DNA of 64,000 nucleotides from assembly GCA_028534125.1 (NCBI GenBank), contig CM052816.1, positions 17,796,001 to 17,860,000 of the forward strand, in the 5' to 3' direction. This document shows positions 35,816-48,590 of the stretch, in pieces. The DNA comes from Lama glama (taxonomy: Eukaryota). The position numbers and the translations under genes were made by a program. Every line of letters starts with the position of its first letter. Position 1 is the stretch's first letter. The notes under the pieces are model-generated. The model did no database searches. It saw only the letters and a program-made list of their open reading frames with translations, and was not told the origin of the DNA.

Positions 35816-38058
35816 GCATGAAATGTCAAGCTTTCCCTTCCAGAGGGAGAGTGGGGGCAGAACAGCAGTAGTTCCTCTCTGCTTAGACCAGCTTCTGGTA
35901 TTGGCCGGGGCGTGGAGGGTTCTCCCCCAGGGGCTACAGTGACCGTCTGGTGGGAACTCCATATGGATTGCTCTGTGACTCTTTCCCCTTGTGAGGGATG
36001 AGCTCTAGGGAGCACCTGTGCTCTTGGTGACCTTTGAGCAGTTGAGTGGCTCTCCTCTCCACATGCATAAGCATTGTTTAGACCTGTTTCTTTCTCTTTT
36101 ATCCACTCAATGCCATTTTTTCCCTTAAAATGAGGAGTTCTGGTTGTCCCTTTGTCACTTCCCAAGAATGTCATTTTTAGTTTGTTTTTCAAGTCTCCTT
36201 CCAGGCTGTGGACTCTAAGAGGCAGGCTCACACTCCACCCTGTGTCTCTTGGAGCTCTGTAGACCCTGTTCTGATACAGGACGACAGCCCAGGTGGGGCA
36301 GGGTGGGGTGCCAGCCGGCTACCTGGGTCCTCAGGACCTGCGGGGCACACGTGGAGGAAGTGGATATGTGCTGTCTGAGGAAGTCCTTACTGCAAAGAAC
36401 TCAGCATCCTCAGTTTTGTCAGTTCTCCCTTCCTGCTTTGAGAACAATGTGTGGGAGTTCTGAAGCTTTATCATTTGGTCTTGAAGTGGGGTGGGGCCAG
36501 TGATGTCCCTGTGGGTTTGGGGGACATTTGTTTCTCCCTCTTCTTATCTTCCCGGCAGGATCCTTTTACTGTCTTGCTCTCTGCTGCTCACTGCCTCTTT
36601 CCCAGGAAAGCTGCCTGTGTCCTGATTGGTGGGAGCCCAGTGGCTCTTGGATCAGGTGCACATTCACAGCAAGGAGCAGAATCCGTGCATTGGCCCGGCC
36701 ACGTGGGCGCCTCCTCTTCTCTTGGCTTTTGTTCTCTTGGTCGGTCTACACTCAAGGGGCAGCATACCTGCCTTGTGGTTCCAAAATCTCTGTGTGCACA
36801 GACCAGGGCACGCTTCCTCCAGGTCCAGCCAGGTCTGTGTGTTATCTCTACCTGTGATCCTCGGGTAAGCAGACCAACATTCCCTGCATGTTGGGAGAGG
36901 GAGTTGGAGGCCTCTCCGTGGTGTGAAGGTCCCAGGCATGCTGGACAGCCCAGTCGAGTGGAAGCCCTGTGCTTTGAGAGCTACGTGTCCCCTCTGGGCA
37001 AAGTGGCACTGTGCTCACCTTTCAGCTTCCATATCTGCTCTTTGCGTACTGGGAGCCGGGGAGAGGGGGTGGGGTGAGAGACTGGTGAGTAGTAACAGCA
37101 CTGGTAGGACGCGGAGAGGAGCCGTGGGGAGGGGACGTGTGCGAGGTGGCTGAGTCGTGGGCCCTCAGCATGCTTCTGCCCGTGGATAATTCAGGGTTCC
37201 CCACCCTCCCCAGAGGGCGCCCTAGACACACGCTCTCCCTTACTCCTCCTAATGAGCTTCCTCGGGAGATGTGGTTAGAGCTTGGTCGTCACCTTAATGC
37301 AAGCCTATCAACTCTTGTTTTATATTTTATCATAAAATACTTGACACATATGTATTATTTATACACTGCCAAGCCTACTAACAAAACAAACCTCAGAATC
37401 CAACACCCACCTTGTGCAATAAACCATCCCCACTCCCCACGATGCCTCTAGGGGCTCCTGTCTGACGCCATCCTCTGCCTCCTCTGGAGGTAACCCCTGT
37501 CTTGACGGTATTTGCCAACCCTTCCCCCTCCTGCAAAGTAGCCTTTACCATCTACGTGTGTATCTCCAAATAGCGCATTTTGAGCTTTATAAAAAATGAA
37601 ATTATAGCCTTTGAGCTTCATTTAAATGCCACATATTCTTCTAGATGATAAAAAGCAGGTCTGTGCCCTTGAAACATGCATTTTCACCACTGCGGATAAA
37701 TACTGTTTTCTCTGGTGGCATCTTCCTGGAATCGAGGGAGCGGCCCAGCCACCTGCACAGACTGAGACAGCGGGAGACGGGTGCCGGGCTGGCCGAGGAT
37801 GCCGAGTCACTGGAATTACAGCCCACAGGAGTCCCTAGGCAGGCCATTCAGGGGGGCAGTTGTTCTGGGCGTCTAGGGAGCAAGTGGACAGTAATCCCAA
37901 CTCCAGTGATGGACTGAGGTGAGGGGGGAGGCTGAAGGGCAGAGTGCTAAACGTGGAGCTCCCAGAGAGGACCGAGGAGGGGTGTGGGCGAAGGCTGGTT
38001 CGCGACGGGCATCTGGAAACCAAGCTCCAGCACCTACACTCCTAGTGCGGGCAGACTG

Positions 38059-38075
38059 GTGCCTCCTGGTGGCCA
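38059..38075 (-). promoter_or_regulatory. Candidate CTCF motif
   Basis: Minus strand reads TGGCCACCAGGAGGCAC, 13 of 14 to the core plus the favoured TGG 5' flank. Motif match only. Confidence 0.35.
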
Positions 38076-38239
38076 GGGCAAGGTTTAGAACTGCAGAGCG
38101 AACAGGGCCACACTCTCTCCTGCCTGTATCGTTCAGCAGCTGTTTACTGAATGCCTTCTCTGTGCCGGGGGTATGTGTGCGTCATATCATACCAGGGAGA
38201 GACAGTGACTAAGACTTTTCCCTGCTGTTCAGTACTTTA

Positions 38240-38685
38240 GGGTCTCATAGGAAGTCACCTGTTACTGATCTATGCTGTGGTAGCACGCAGTCCCCAAACA
38301 TCAGCGCTGACAACAGCAAACTACTCCTTGTTCATGTTGCCTGTCGGCTGTGGGTTAGCTTCAGCTCTGTTCCATGTCCTCTGCCATCTGGGTCCCAGGC
38401 AGAAGGAGCAGCCCTTATTGGGCACATGTCATTTTCATAATAGAGGGAAAGGGGCAAGAAATGAAACCAAAACATCCATTCAAACCTGGCTTGCATCCCT
38501 CTTGCTCACAATCTACTGGCCGGAGCAAGTCATGTGGCTAAGACTACTGTCACCAGGGTGGGGACATCACCTTCCACACAGGGCGGTGCTGTGCTGCAAA
38601 GACACAGGACACTGAACAAAGTGTAGACTCTTCTTTTGGGGGGCCCAGAGAACGTTTGGGAAGAGAATTACCATCTATCACACAT
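38240..38685 (-). mobile_element. MLT1-family MaLR LTR (degenerate)
   Basis: ctatgctgtggtagcacgcagtccccaaacatcag...ctcacaatctactggccggagcaagtcatgtggctaag. Confidence 0.65.
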
Positions 38686-40775
38686 ACAAGCAGGCAGTTG
38701 CAGTCACTGTATTACAAAGCTTTAGAGCAAGTCACTGTACTAATTTTGACTTTCTAAAATAAATTTATATGTAAAAAATACATCTATTTCCCCCTAAATT
38801 AGCTTTAGGGATCCTGTTGAGAAAGTAGTTTGAGAATCACTAGTTCGAGCCTGAGGAGTGTTCTGGAGAGCTACCCCGGGAGGAGGAGGAGGAGAGGTGG
38901 GGAGGAGGAGGAAGGCAGGGAGTGGGGCTGCAGTGGGCGTGTGTGCATAGGCTGTGTTAGTTGGAAAAGAAGCTTCCCGTACTGGTGGCCCAGCTGCCAC
39001 CTTCAGGCATGCCTCTTGGGCCACCTTTCAATCATTTGGACTGTCTGCAGGCACATCTCTGCCTAGGGTCTCTTTGATGCTGCATCCACATACGTCCCAC
39101 CTCCCCTCATACTCAGATCCACGTGACTTTATAAGGGCTCACGTTTTTTGCTTCCTCACTGAGTTACTTGACTTCTGTGGCCCAGGCTGTGGCTTCCTTT
39201 CATCCACTCCCCCACCCATCCCCCGACTCCTACCACCATGATGAGCACTTACCAGACACCCCACAATGTTGTCAAAAGGGAGTTTTATATCACGTGAAAG
39301 TCAGCACCCTGTCGGCTTATCTGTTGCTGTCTCTGCAAGGGTAGCCGGCAGCTGTGTGGGTGACAGTGGGAGTTACACAAGAGTGGCTCCAGTACATCTG
39401 GGTTGAAAGCCCTCTCTCCGCCGGTTTGTCATCAGTTCGGGGACTGAATAGGCCGTCCTCTCACAAGGAGGCGGTATTCATCTGCGCTCATGGGTTGCTT
39501 TGCAAATGCTAGTGGCCTTTTTCAAAGGGATGCATTTGTGTTTTCCAAGGGCAAGGACCGTATCTCCTCTTTTCTTCCCTTTGAAAGATTCCCCGTGGCA
39601 CCGATAAGAGCTGCACGCACAGTGGGTGCCCCCTCGCTATTGCCTGTCTCCCCTTCCTTTGAACCTCCAGCAGATCCCCAACATGGTTCTGGGCCCGTGG
39701 GCCTTTGCAGAAGACTGATTACACACAGGCCTTGATCTAGAGAATTTTACAGGTAAAAAAGGGAGGGGACTATCAGGCAACTCAGACCCAGACCAATAGC
39801 AAAGTTGCATAATTCGCCTCTCTCAGAGTACAGTGCAGGCTGAGTGCTCTCGGGCCCTCCCCGTGCCGGGAACAGTGATGTGGGACCACTCAGTGCTCAG
39901 CCCTGGGGTCAGCCACACAGGGCTTGGAATCCTGGGCTGTGAGTGTCATGGTCTGTCACCAGCTGCGTAGCCTCTAAGTCTCCATTTCTTATTCCACAAC
40001 GTAGAAATAAAATGCTGTTCATTGTTGTGGTCTTTTGCATCTGTCAGTAACATCCTTCTTTCCCTCATGTTCTGGACCAGTTCAGACTTAAGAGTAAAGA
40101 GCTGGCAGAGAGTGGCCAAAATACTACCACTGTCTCAGACGAAGGGGTTGGCAAGAGGATGTACGGTTTGGGGGCTTCTAATATTGAATCCTAGAATTTG
40201 GTGAATGTTTCCACCGAGTCCCAGGCTGGTTAGATAATCACAAGCATCCTCTGGGCAGAAAGACTGTGTAAAACTTAGGTTTGGGATGGTTGAAGCAAAG
40301 GCATTCACTCCTCACTTGCGTCCACCATCCAAACTTAATAGGTGGTTGCTCTTCCTTCCCGGGCAGAATGCGGGCTGCTGGGAGAGACCGGAGGCAGATG
40401 CTGCACAGGCAGCTCCTCTGGTAGGGGTACATGGCAGAGCAGCCTTCTGCTGGGAAGTGGGGGCCTTTGTGGACCTTCTGGGACTCCACAGCCGTTCAGT
40501 TTTGTACTAACACTTGTATACACTGTTACAGTTGACTTTACCATTTATTGAAGTTAGCCTCTCGTGGGGTGCTTTTAGACATTATCCTGTGCAGTGGGGG
40601 AAACATAAAAGTCCATTTCTCATTTAGTCTTCTGTAATTCAGTCCTCCAACAGATAGACTCCTCCGTTCTCTGCCTTTGGTTCTGTGGTTAGAAGGGTGC
40701 TGGCTGTGTCCTGGGGAAGCCGAGGAGGGTCTGCCAGGCAGTATTCGTAAGGCTTGTTCTGTCTGTCTTTTGCAG

Positions 40776-40890
40776 TGCAAGTTGGAGTTCCATGCTTGTT
40801 CTACTGGGAGAAGCCTCACCACTCTCTGCGATGGGCCCTGTCCCTGTCTCCCGGAGCCTGAGCCACCAAAATCCAGGGCAGAAAAGAATG
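40776..40890 (+). CDS. SPOCK1: Internal coding exon of testican-1 (SPARC/osteonectin, cwcv and kazal-like domains proteoglycan 1), probably exon 6; end of the Kazal-like domain plus Pro/Glu linker
   Basis: Acceptor ttctgtctgtcttttgcAG|TGCAAG (AG at 40774-40775) and donor AATG|GTGAGT (GT at 40891). 115 nt, phase 0 to phase 1. Translation CKLEFHACSTGRSLTTLCDGPCPCLPEPEPPKSRAEKN closely matches human SPOCK1 as I recall it (CKLEFHACSTGKSLATLCDGPCPCLPEPEPPKHKAERS). The exon number is from memory. Confidence 0.96.
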
Positions 40891-41624
40891 GTGAGTGAGC
40901 ATCGCAGGAGACCCCCTGACGGAGGGGTGGGGGGTCGGGGTGGCCTGATGAGGCCTGGCTCCGCCGCACACGCCAGGGACCTGGGCTGTAACAGAGCTGT
41001 TCTACCCAGGCCGGGGAGGTGGGCGCACTTGGCGGGCACTCCAGCTTGTTTAGAAACTCCAAACTAAGCTCCCTTCCGCCTCCATTAAATAGAAAAGGAT
41101 GAACTGAGAGTCTCTGAATGAGGTTCTGTTAGACCAAGACATGCGCTAGTTTCTTTCAGAGGTCAAGCTGGCTCTCGTATGGGAAGGGCAAGGTTTCAGC
41201 AGTCAGACTAGGCCTGCTGAGGGGTACATCTTGGTCTTCTGTGAACTCTAATCTCTAAATTCTTTGAACTTCTCAAGGCTGGATTTCAAAACAGAGATTG
41301 CAGAGATGTCACAATGGTGGAGAGTGTGCCCCTGCCCCTCGAAAAGCATTTCTTTATTAATATATTCTGCTTGGCATGCGGCACAGAGCCAGGGCAGATG
41401 AAAAGAAACCTCCTCAGGGGGCTTGGTGTCTCATGGCTGAGCAGGGCAGGAAAGGGCGGGCTTATCCTGGTGTCTTCATGATGGAGAAAGTAGTTTTATC
41501 CCACTGGTCTCAGCCCCTTTTTGAGCCTTCTGTAATGAGACCCAAGATGGAAGTTTGCATTGGCCTTCGTGAAGCTGGGCTTTTGCAGCTGGATCTGGCT
41601 GTTCCATGGAAAATGTTGGACATC

Positions 41625-41656
41625 TGTGTGTGTGTGTGTGTGTGTGTATGTGTGTG
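41625..41656. repeat. (TG)n microsatellite
   Basis: Directly visible, about 735 nt downstream of the exon. Confidence 0.95.
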
Positions 41657-41799
41657 CACGAGCGTGCTCATGCATGTATTCTGAAGCCTACAACTATTTG
41701 TGATGGAGGAAGATGAATAGGATGTGAGTGTTTATCCACTTGTCTCTTCCTAAGCTGTCTTGTCTTTTCCAGGGCACATAGATGGAGATGTTCAAGTCT

Positions 41800-43200
41800 A
41801 AATTTGTTCATGGTGGTGACAACTGGAATATTGTGTTAAAAATTTCTTGGGGAGGTTTAACCCGGGATGTGGACATTGTAAACTGTAAAGCACTGTGGTC
41901 ACAAGTAATCTCCATAGATTACTCTTGATTACCAAAAAGCTGGTCTTGTTGCATTTTGGGCTGATCATTTATGTAACTGCAGTAAGAAGGGTTAACTCAT
42001 CTGTACAAACCTCCTTGTAGTTTGGTCAGAAAACCTAAAGCCCTGTGGTGCTAAGCAACTACAAAGTCTAGAAAATTAACTGTCTGGAGATTCCTTTCTT
42101 AGTAAGTCTTAATAGTGTCTCTTACTCCAGGTATATTGTTGGTTACTTTTATCTACTCTTCTATTCTGAGGCAAGAAAGCCAAACGAAGAAAGTCATTTC
42201 TACCATTTTGCCCGTGGTATCTACACATGGGGGTGAATGCATCTCTCCTCAAGTACCCCCAAATCTGCTAAGGTTTCCTGACTTGTCACAGTAAGGTAAC
42301 AGACCAGTTTTCTGGGAGGGCTTTGTGGTTCTCCAGACAAAGTATACACCTTGTTTCCTCAAGGCAGGCTTGTTATACCTGATTAAATGAGATTTGCTCT
42401 CAAATATGACACTGCAAGTGTGGCCTTGGCTATACCATCTATTTGATGAGTTACTCGTGAAAACGAGAACAAATTCTTACTGAACCTATGCAAGTAACTA
42501 CATTGCCATTAAAAGTAAAAAGACTCAGGACAAAAACGTGTTGTTACAGAATTCTGGGGGGTCAGTGAGAACAAGGGTACCACTTGAAAGTGTTTCATTT
42601 CCACATGTTTGTAAAAGCATAGACCACTGACTTCATACTGAGAGATCAGGAAGCAAGAGAAAGGACTTCATTATGTGCCTATCAGAAATGAGGACAGTAA
42701 AAATAATACCAGCAGTATCCCAAAACCAGTGGTCAAAGTTTTATTTCCTTCACTTCAGTTTCTGCAGTCCTGCATCATTATTTTTGGTGCCACTGGCTCT
42801 TGGGTCAACATTGAACTTCTATGAAGTAAACTGACCTCTGGACTGAACAGTCCTGGAACTCCACACTCAGTCTCTCCTGTCATCTGGCGATTGTCTAAGA
42901 AATACCACCGTGGAAGCCTGTAGCAAGGGCTCTGTTATTGAAGTGCCCATCAGACTCGGCACAGTTCTTTCCATGAGGCTCTGAGACTGTCCTTCTCGGC
43001 TAAAGACCCAATTTCTGCTGTGACTTAAAGCAGAGTTTTTATATAAGCATGAGGGGAAGCAGGGACTTCCTGTTGGTGATAAGACTGAATGGCTATAGTT
43101 AATTTATTACATATCCAACAATATCCTAATGAAGGAGAGTATAATCCCCATCAGGGTGAATGCTTCACTATTTAAAACGGATTTGATCAATGTTGTTTTC
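41800..43200 (-). mobile_element. ERV1 (MER4-group-like) internal fragment, antisense
   Basis: gagaacaaattcttactgaacctatgcaagtaactacattgccat...gaattctggggggtcag and ctctcaaatatgaca resemble the non-coding internal regions of MER4-group elements. No ORFs and no LTR recognised. Confidence 0.65.
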
Positions 43201-46200
43201 TACAAGGATGAGGACATTTTACAGGCAGTGAGGGCACTGATAGATCCCCAGGGTCCTTATGTGAAATGAAACATTTAAATTCATCACGTTTTACCTGGAC
43301 AGACTCCGTCAAGGGAAGGCTGACTTGTTCCTTTGATTTGACAGTTCTTTCCGCGCATGTCTCAGAACCATTTGTGATGGGCAGTTGGTGCAGACCTGAG
43401 GCTGGGGCAGTGGGGTGAGGAGGAGGGGATGGGTGCACAAGAGAGATCAGAGGTGAAATGAAAAGCAGCCTTCCTTTGGCCATGTGGCTGTCGGGGTGGA
43501 GGGCAGAGACAGTGCGCCCATCAGTCCACCTTCCCTTACCTGGTGGCCACCTCCCTCAGAAGCTGCAGGCGATGGGAGTGGCACCTGCAGGCAGGCTGTC
43601 CACAGGCCGTTCATCGTGCCTCTAAGCGATGTGAGGAGCAGTCTTGTGTCTGTGCCTGTTGGAGAAATGACATTTCATAGTCCTACAAATACGGGGGGGT
43701 CAGAAACATAGCATTGTTGTTGTTGGTGATGATATTTCATTTTTAACCTTGCCTCTGTTTTGAACCTTAGTTCCATCTGGTAACACAAGCATTCAGTTAG
43801 TTACTTCCGTAAATTCTGTTAATTCAGGATTGTATCTCAACTTGAGGAAGTAGGGGGTTAGATGAAGGTTTACAAGCTACCATATTGGTATGAGGTGGTT
43901 CCTGGTGTGTCTGTTTGGCATCTACCTCTGCAGAGTTTTGCTATTTTTAAAGAGTTATCCAGCAGTATTCATCCTCAGTGCGTCCGAGGAGAGCTTAGGA
44001 TCCTATCTGTGACCTCTGCTCCCCGCTTCCAGTAAGGTCATGCGGAATCGTCTTTCTTTCAAGTCATACTCTTCTGGGTTCACTAGTTTTCTCACGGCCC
44101 CTCCTTGGCCCCCTTTAGGGCCACAGAAAATTTAAGGATGCCCTTCAGTGACCTTCTGGTGTCAAGAAAGACTGTGGTGAGTTTCACCCTGAAGCCTTGT
44201 CTCCTTGGATCTGCCTGGCAGCCATTTCTCTTCCATGCAGAGGACATCTTTATGAGGCTTACCGCAAAATAGATTTCATATTGGGAGCAAGAGACAGGTC
44301 CTCTTTGCTGCTGGGGTGCCAGCTGCCTGGGGTTTCAGGAGCACCTCTTCCCTGCCCAGAACCCAGAGATGCATATGGCGATGGGGAAAGCTGTAGTGAG
44401 CGGAACCTCTTCTAGGGACTCAGCGGCCTCTCCCTGTGCTTCTTCCCCAGATGTTACCTCTTGTAGCTCCATCTGTGATCAGCACTGGGTGTGCATGTTG
44501 AAGGTGTGTGAGGCCAGGGTCTGCCTCATTCTCGTCTCTGCTGCTTCTCTCCTTGGGCCATTTGAGTTACAACATATCCAGTTCTTGCAAATCTGAAGTC
44601 TCTTGTCTCAGCTTTGGTTGCAAAAGCATCTTTAGGAAGACAGACAAATGGTTGACTTATTGTTTTGTTCTCTGTGTTTCTTCTGACATCGCTCCTTTGA
44701 TGGGGCCCTTGAAGAGTTGGTGGAGGGTGAGTCATCCTTGAATATCTGTGAATATGTCCTCGGGCACCTCTCAGTTACCTCATGACCTTGGACAAGTTAC
44801 TTAATTGCTTTATCTCTCTTCTCTATGATGACACCCTCCAGAGTATAGAGTAATGATTGTCCAGAGAAAGGGAGCAAATTAAAGAGGGAGGTGAAATTGA
44901 AAGCCATGTGTTAGGCCTGGGTTTCTGAGCCTTTTCTAAGAACCTCGCAGGAAAGATCCTTCCCCAGTTTCTCTTGGAATTTCCTAGTGCCCAGCGGCCA
45001 GCCAGTCAGGAAGTCGCCTCTTAGATCTGACAGTGACTCTTCAGCTCTGGGTTTTGCAGCTGCATTTTCTTCAGTCCTCAGTGAAGAGTATGAGGAATGC
45101 CTGCAGCCCTCACTTCTTGATTTTTTTTTTTTTACAGGGGTTGAAAATGTAAGAGTAAAATAGAAGTCTCTTAAACGTAAGAGTCTTTAAGACACATTTT
45201 TAAACTAGCCAGCCATTCTAGCCATTCTCCTCTTCCAAACCTGCTCCTGTCCCCAACCTGACTCCCCTGGCGTCATTCACAGAGACAGACCCCTCCCCTT
45301 GGCCTGGGCTTGGCAGCCTCAGTCCATCTGGAGGAGGGACTTGGCACTCCCTCTCTGCTGGGGGGAAGTTTTGCAGTTGGAAGATATCAGAGCGGGAAAG
45401 ATCTCAGCTCTCTGACTCCATACCATATTGAGGGGACCTTTGTGTTCCTGGAAGGTAACTCAGGTTTCCCCATGAGGACCAGGGGAAGGCCGAGTGGGTG
45501 GCGCCTCCAGCCTCCCCGGGAGCAACTCCATTTTTGTGCCTGACCACATCAGAGTGTGGCCACCAGTGAGCCCTGCTCAGTACCCATTTACCCAAAGAGA
45601 AAACTGAAGGCCCCATTGAGAGGGAGAATCTTGCCTAAGGTCAGACCGTGGGTTGGTGTGTTGCTGGGTTACGACCTGGGCCTCTTGACTCCTGGGCTAG
45701 TCCCTCTGTTCGCCTTTGTGTTCACCCGTAAGCCACCATCAGCCAAGTCTGTGGCCTGAAGATGGTAGAGGGTCTGTAGCTGAGTTTGGTGGGAGGTAGA
45801 TTTATTTCTCTGGGGCCTGATGTCACTTGCCTGAATCTTGAAGTGTTAACCGTCAGGCAGAAAATATCCCTGTGTTCCCACAGCCACAGCCGGCAGTGTT
45901 TGGAAGGCTTTCTGCAGGGCCCCTCCCACCCCTCTCCTCCACCTTTGGAGAAGGAAGTGGAGAGAGCAGCAGTGTCGCTAAGGACAGCTCCTTCTTGGCT
46001 TCTGTTGTCACAGAGTAGCTTTTGAAGAAGGGCTGCAGCCCAGCCAGTCGGCCTCGGGGGCTCTAGGGACGGCTGTGGAGCTGCGACCCCTCACTGGCCT
46101 GGAGGTGCCGGGAGGTAAGGGCAGAGCGGGGCGTGTTTGATGCGCACAGGGGAGGAAGGAGTGCCACACATCCTTCCAGCAGGGCTTGCTAAAGAGGAAA

Positions 46201-47369
46201 TAACCACTTCCCTCCAGCTGAGCTATTTGGAACAGTAGAAAAATAGTCTACAGTGATTTTCTCTTCTCAAATGGTGATTTCAACCTGAGGGCTAGATTCT
46301 GGGGAAGAAAGTCCTGGGTTGACAGACGGTTGTCTAATTCCATTACTTATCACAAGGAGAGCTGGGGAAATGTGTTTAAAGGGGAACGGGAGGTGGTGCC
46401 GAAGAGATGGGATGAAGAGTTCTTCCTGGCTGTAATGTCTCTATGGAAAAATTCGCAAAGAATCCTGCTGCAGAGGCTCCCAGCAAAATAAAGATTTATC
46501 TTCACATCCAGGAAAGAACATTTTTCCTTAATGCCTATTGTGTGACAGGCTGAAGGCCTCGGGCTTGCAAACTTGCAGTTTGAAAGCAGTTTATGTTAAC
46601 CTTCCTGTACCCAATTCAGCTTCACTCACTTACTGCTCATTCTTACATCATGGTCAGAAATTAAACATGTAAAGGAACAGGTAGTGTTTAGGGCCTTGTT
46701 ATTCTAAATGTCATGACCTTAAAAAAAAAAAAAACTCAAGAATTAAACGGGCAACTGCGTCCAGGAAGAAAAGCGTAGTCGTCAGGTCTCTTGAAATTAC
46801 TTTGACTTTGGACTCGGGTTTCTCTCCTGTGAGTTCAGCTCGCGGGAAGTAGACTGCGGGTTCTCCTGGTCATTCCTACTTGGTAGCGACAGACTGGGGA
46901 AAGCTAAAGGAGAAGAGAGAGAAGGGCAAACTGAGGTAGGGGGTGGCCAGGGTCACCGCTGCAGTCCAGAGAAGGAAACAGAGTTCTGTGCTAGAAATTA
47001 ATGGCTATGATAGTTCACTCAAAGAGCACTCTTTCTCCTGCCTTTGTGTTTTACTTAGAAATCAATCCACATTCTTATATAAAATCCAAATATTATGGCA
47101 AAAGTATCTCATATTCCCAGTTCTGTTAGCTTTCTATTGCATATGCATCTAATTATTTTTTGTTTACATGTACTAATGGGCTTTTAAAACTGTACTCGCT
47201 CAGAATCAAGATCATATTCTGCGTAATGATTTGTGCCCTGCCTTTCATGTGTATCTTAGGTGTGTTTTCATGGACGGATGCACCTGTCTGTCTGTGAGTG
47301 TCTCTCTCTCTTTCCCGCTGCCCACTCCTCCCTCCCCACCCACCTCTCTTTCCAACCAACCTGCCAGCT

Positions 47370-48285
47370 CTGCTCCCTTCAGCTCCAGACTTAAATCTAT
47401 ACTGACTGCCTAGCATTTCCATTTGGATGCCCATAGGCATATCAAACTCAACATGTCCAAAGTGAAACTCCCGATCTTCCTCCCTCATCTGTTCCTTCCT
47501 CCTGCAGTCTTTGCCATCTTAATTATTGGCAGCTCCATCCATATTTTGAGCTGCTGAAGTTAAAAAAAAATCTTCTCATGTGCCACATATTAATCATCAT
47601 GTTGAGTCTACTTTCCAATAGATTTTCAAATATATCCACTTCTTACCACCTCCACTGTTAACCACCCGCGTGGTCCAAGACAGCCTCATCTTTTATTTCC
47701 ATAGCTTCCTAATTGATTTCCTGGCGCCTACATTCTCTTTTGAACATAGTAGTTAAACATTCTGTAAAATGTAAGTCAGATAGTATCCCCTGGTCAGGAC
47801 ACTCCAGTGACTTCCCATCTCTTTAAAAGGAAAAGATAGTATCCTTTAAGTGAGCTGCAAGGCTGAGGATGATCACGTTCCCTGATCTGTCCCTGCCCCA
47901 GCTTTCTGCTCTTGTGCCCCTTGCTCCCTCCATTCCAGGTACATGGACCCCTGCTGGTTCCTCAAATGAACCATCACGCCCCTGCCTCAGGGCTTGGCAC
48001 AGATAGTCCCCTCAGCCTGGACTGTCTCCCTAGACGTCTCCATCTTCCCAGATGGCTCCCTGCATCAGCCTCCTTTAAATCTCTACACAGATGTGACCTT
48101 CTCAGGATACCCTCCCCAGGGTTCTCCATCTCTCTTTCCTCCTTTATTTTTCTCCATACCATTTATCACCTTCTAATGGATTAGGTCATTTGTTTCCCTA
48201 TTTTACTGTCTGACTTATCCAGCTAGAATGGAAGTTACAGGAGGGCTTTTTGTCTGGATTCTCAACACTTATTTGTCAAATGTTG
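47370..48285 (+). mobile_element. L2 LINE, long 3' fragment
   Basis: tttccatttggatgcccataggcatatcaaactcaacatgtccaaagtgaaactc...aaaatgtaagtcagat...cctgcctcagggcttggcac...ctagaatggaagtt. Confidence 0.9.
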
Positions 48286-48389
48286 AAAGAATCTACCTCA
48301 TTCTTTTTAAAGCCTTGACTGTTATATAGATGTACCCTAGATTATAATGTTTAAAATGGCCAAATAAAAAGATTTATTGTGACAAGAGA

Positions 48390-48590
48390 TCATGTGTAGA
48401 AGGTGCTTGGTGTGTGTGTTTAATTCTTCTAACAAGCAAATAATTCCATCTATATCTCTGGGGAGAAAATTTGAGGCTTGGAACATTTTAGTACGTTGCC
48501 TAAGGCCACACAGCTGATAAAAGAGCAAGGATTTGAAGTCTTTCCTAGAATGTGTGGTCCTACCCCCACTTTGTACTGTGTTCTTAACCT
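48390..48590 (-). mobile_element. MIR SINE
   Basis: gaaaatttgaggcttggaaca...ttgcctaaggccacacagctgataaaagagcaaggatttgaa. Confidence 0.7.

Larger units (their letters stand above)
1..40775 (+). other. SPOCK1: Upstream intron of SPOCK1 (partial)
   Basis: Ends at the exon acceptor. I did not find the preceding exon (expected ...KCKPCP...CGSDGHSYTSK) by eye. Repeat-rich non-coding sequence; SPOCK1 is known to have very large introns. Confidence 0.8.

Noticed and set aside
36451..37077. 208-aa ORF
   Set aside because: Non-ATG start, no recognisable domain, no convincing splice pair; expected by chance in GC-rich intron.
40538..41067. Antisense and alternative-frame ORFs over the exon, and the in-frame upstream extension from 40677
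   Set aside because: By-products of GC-rich exon sequence. The upstream AG at 40691-40692 would add 83 nt and be out of frame.
44660..44734. Strong donor-like GAGG|GTGAGT preceded by a pyrimidine tract
   Set aside because: No AG directly after the tract and no SPOCK1-like peptide; TGAGTCA here could equally be a chance AP-1 motif.
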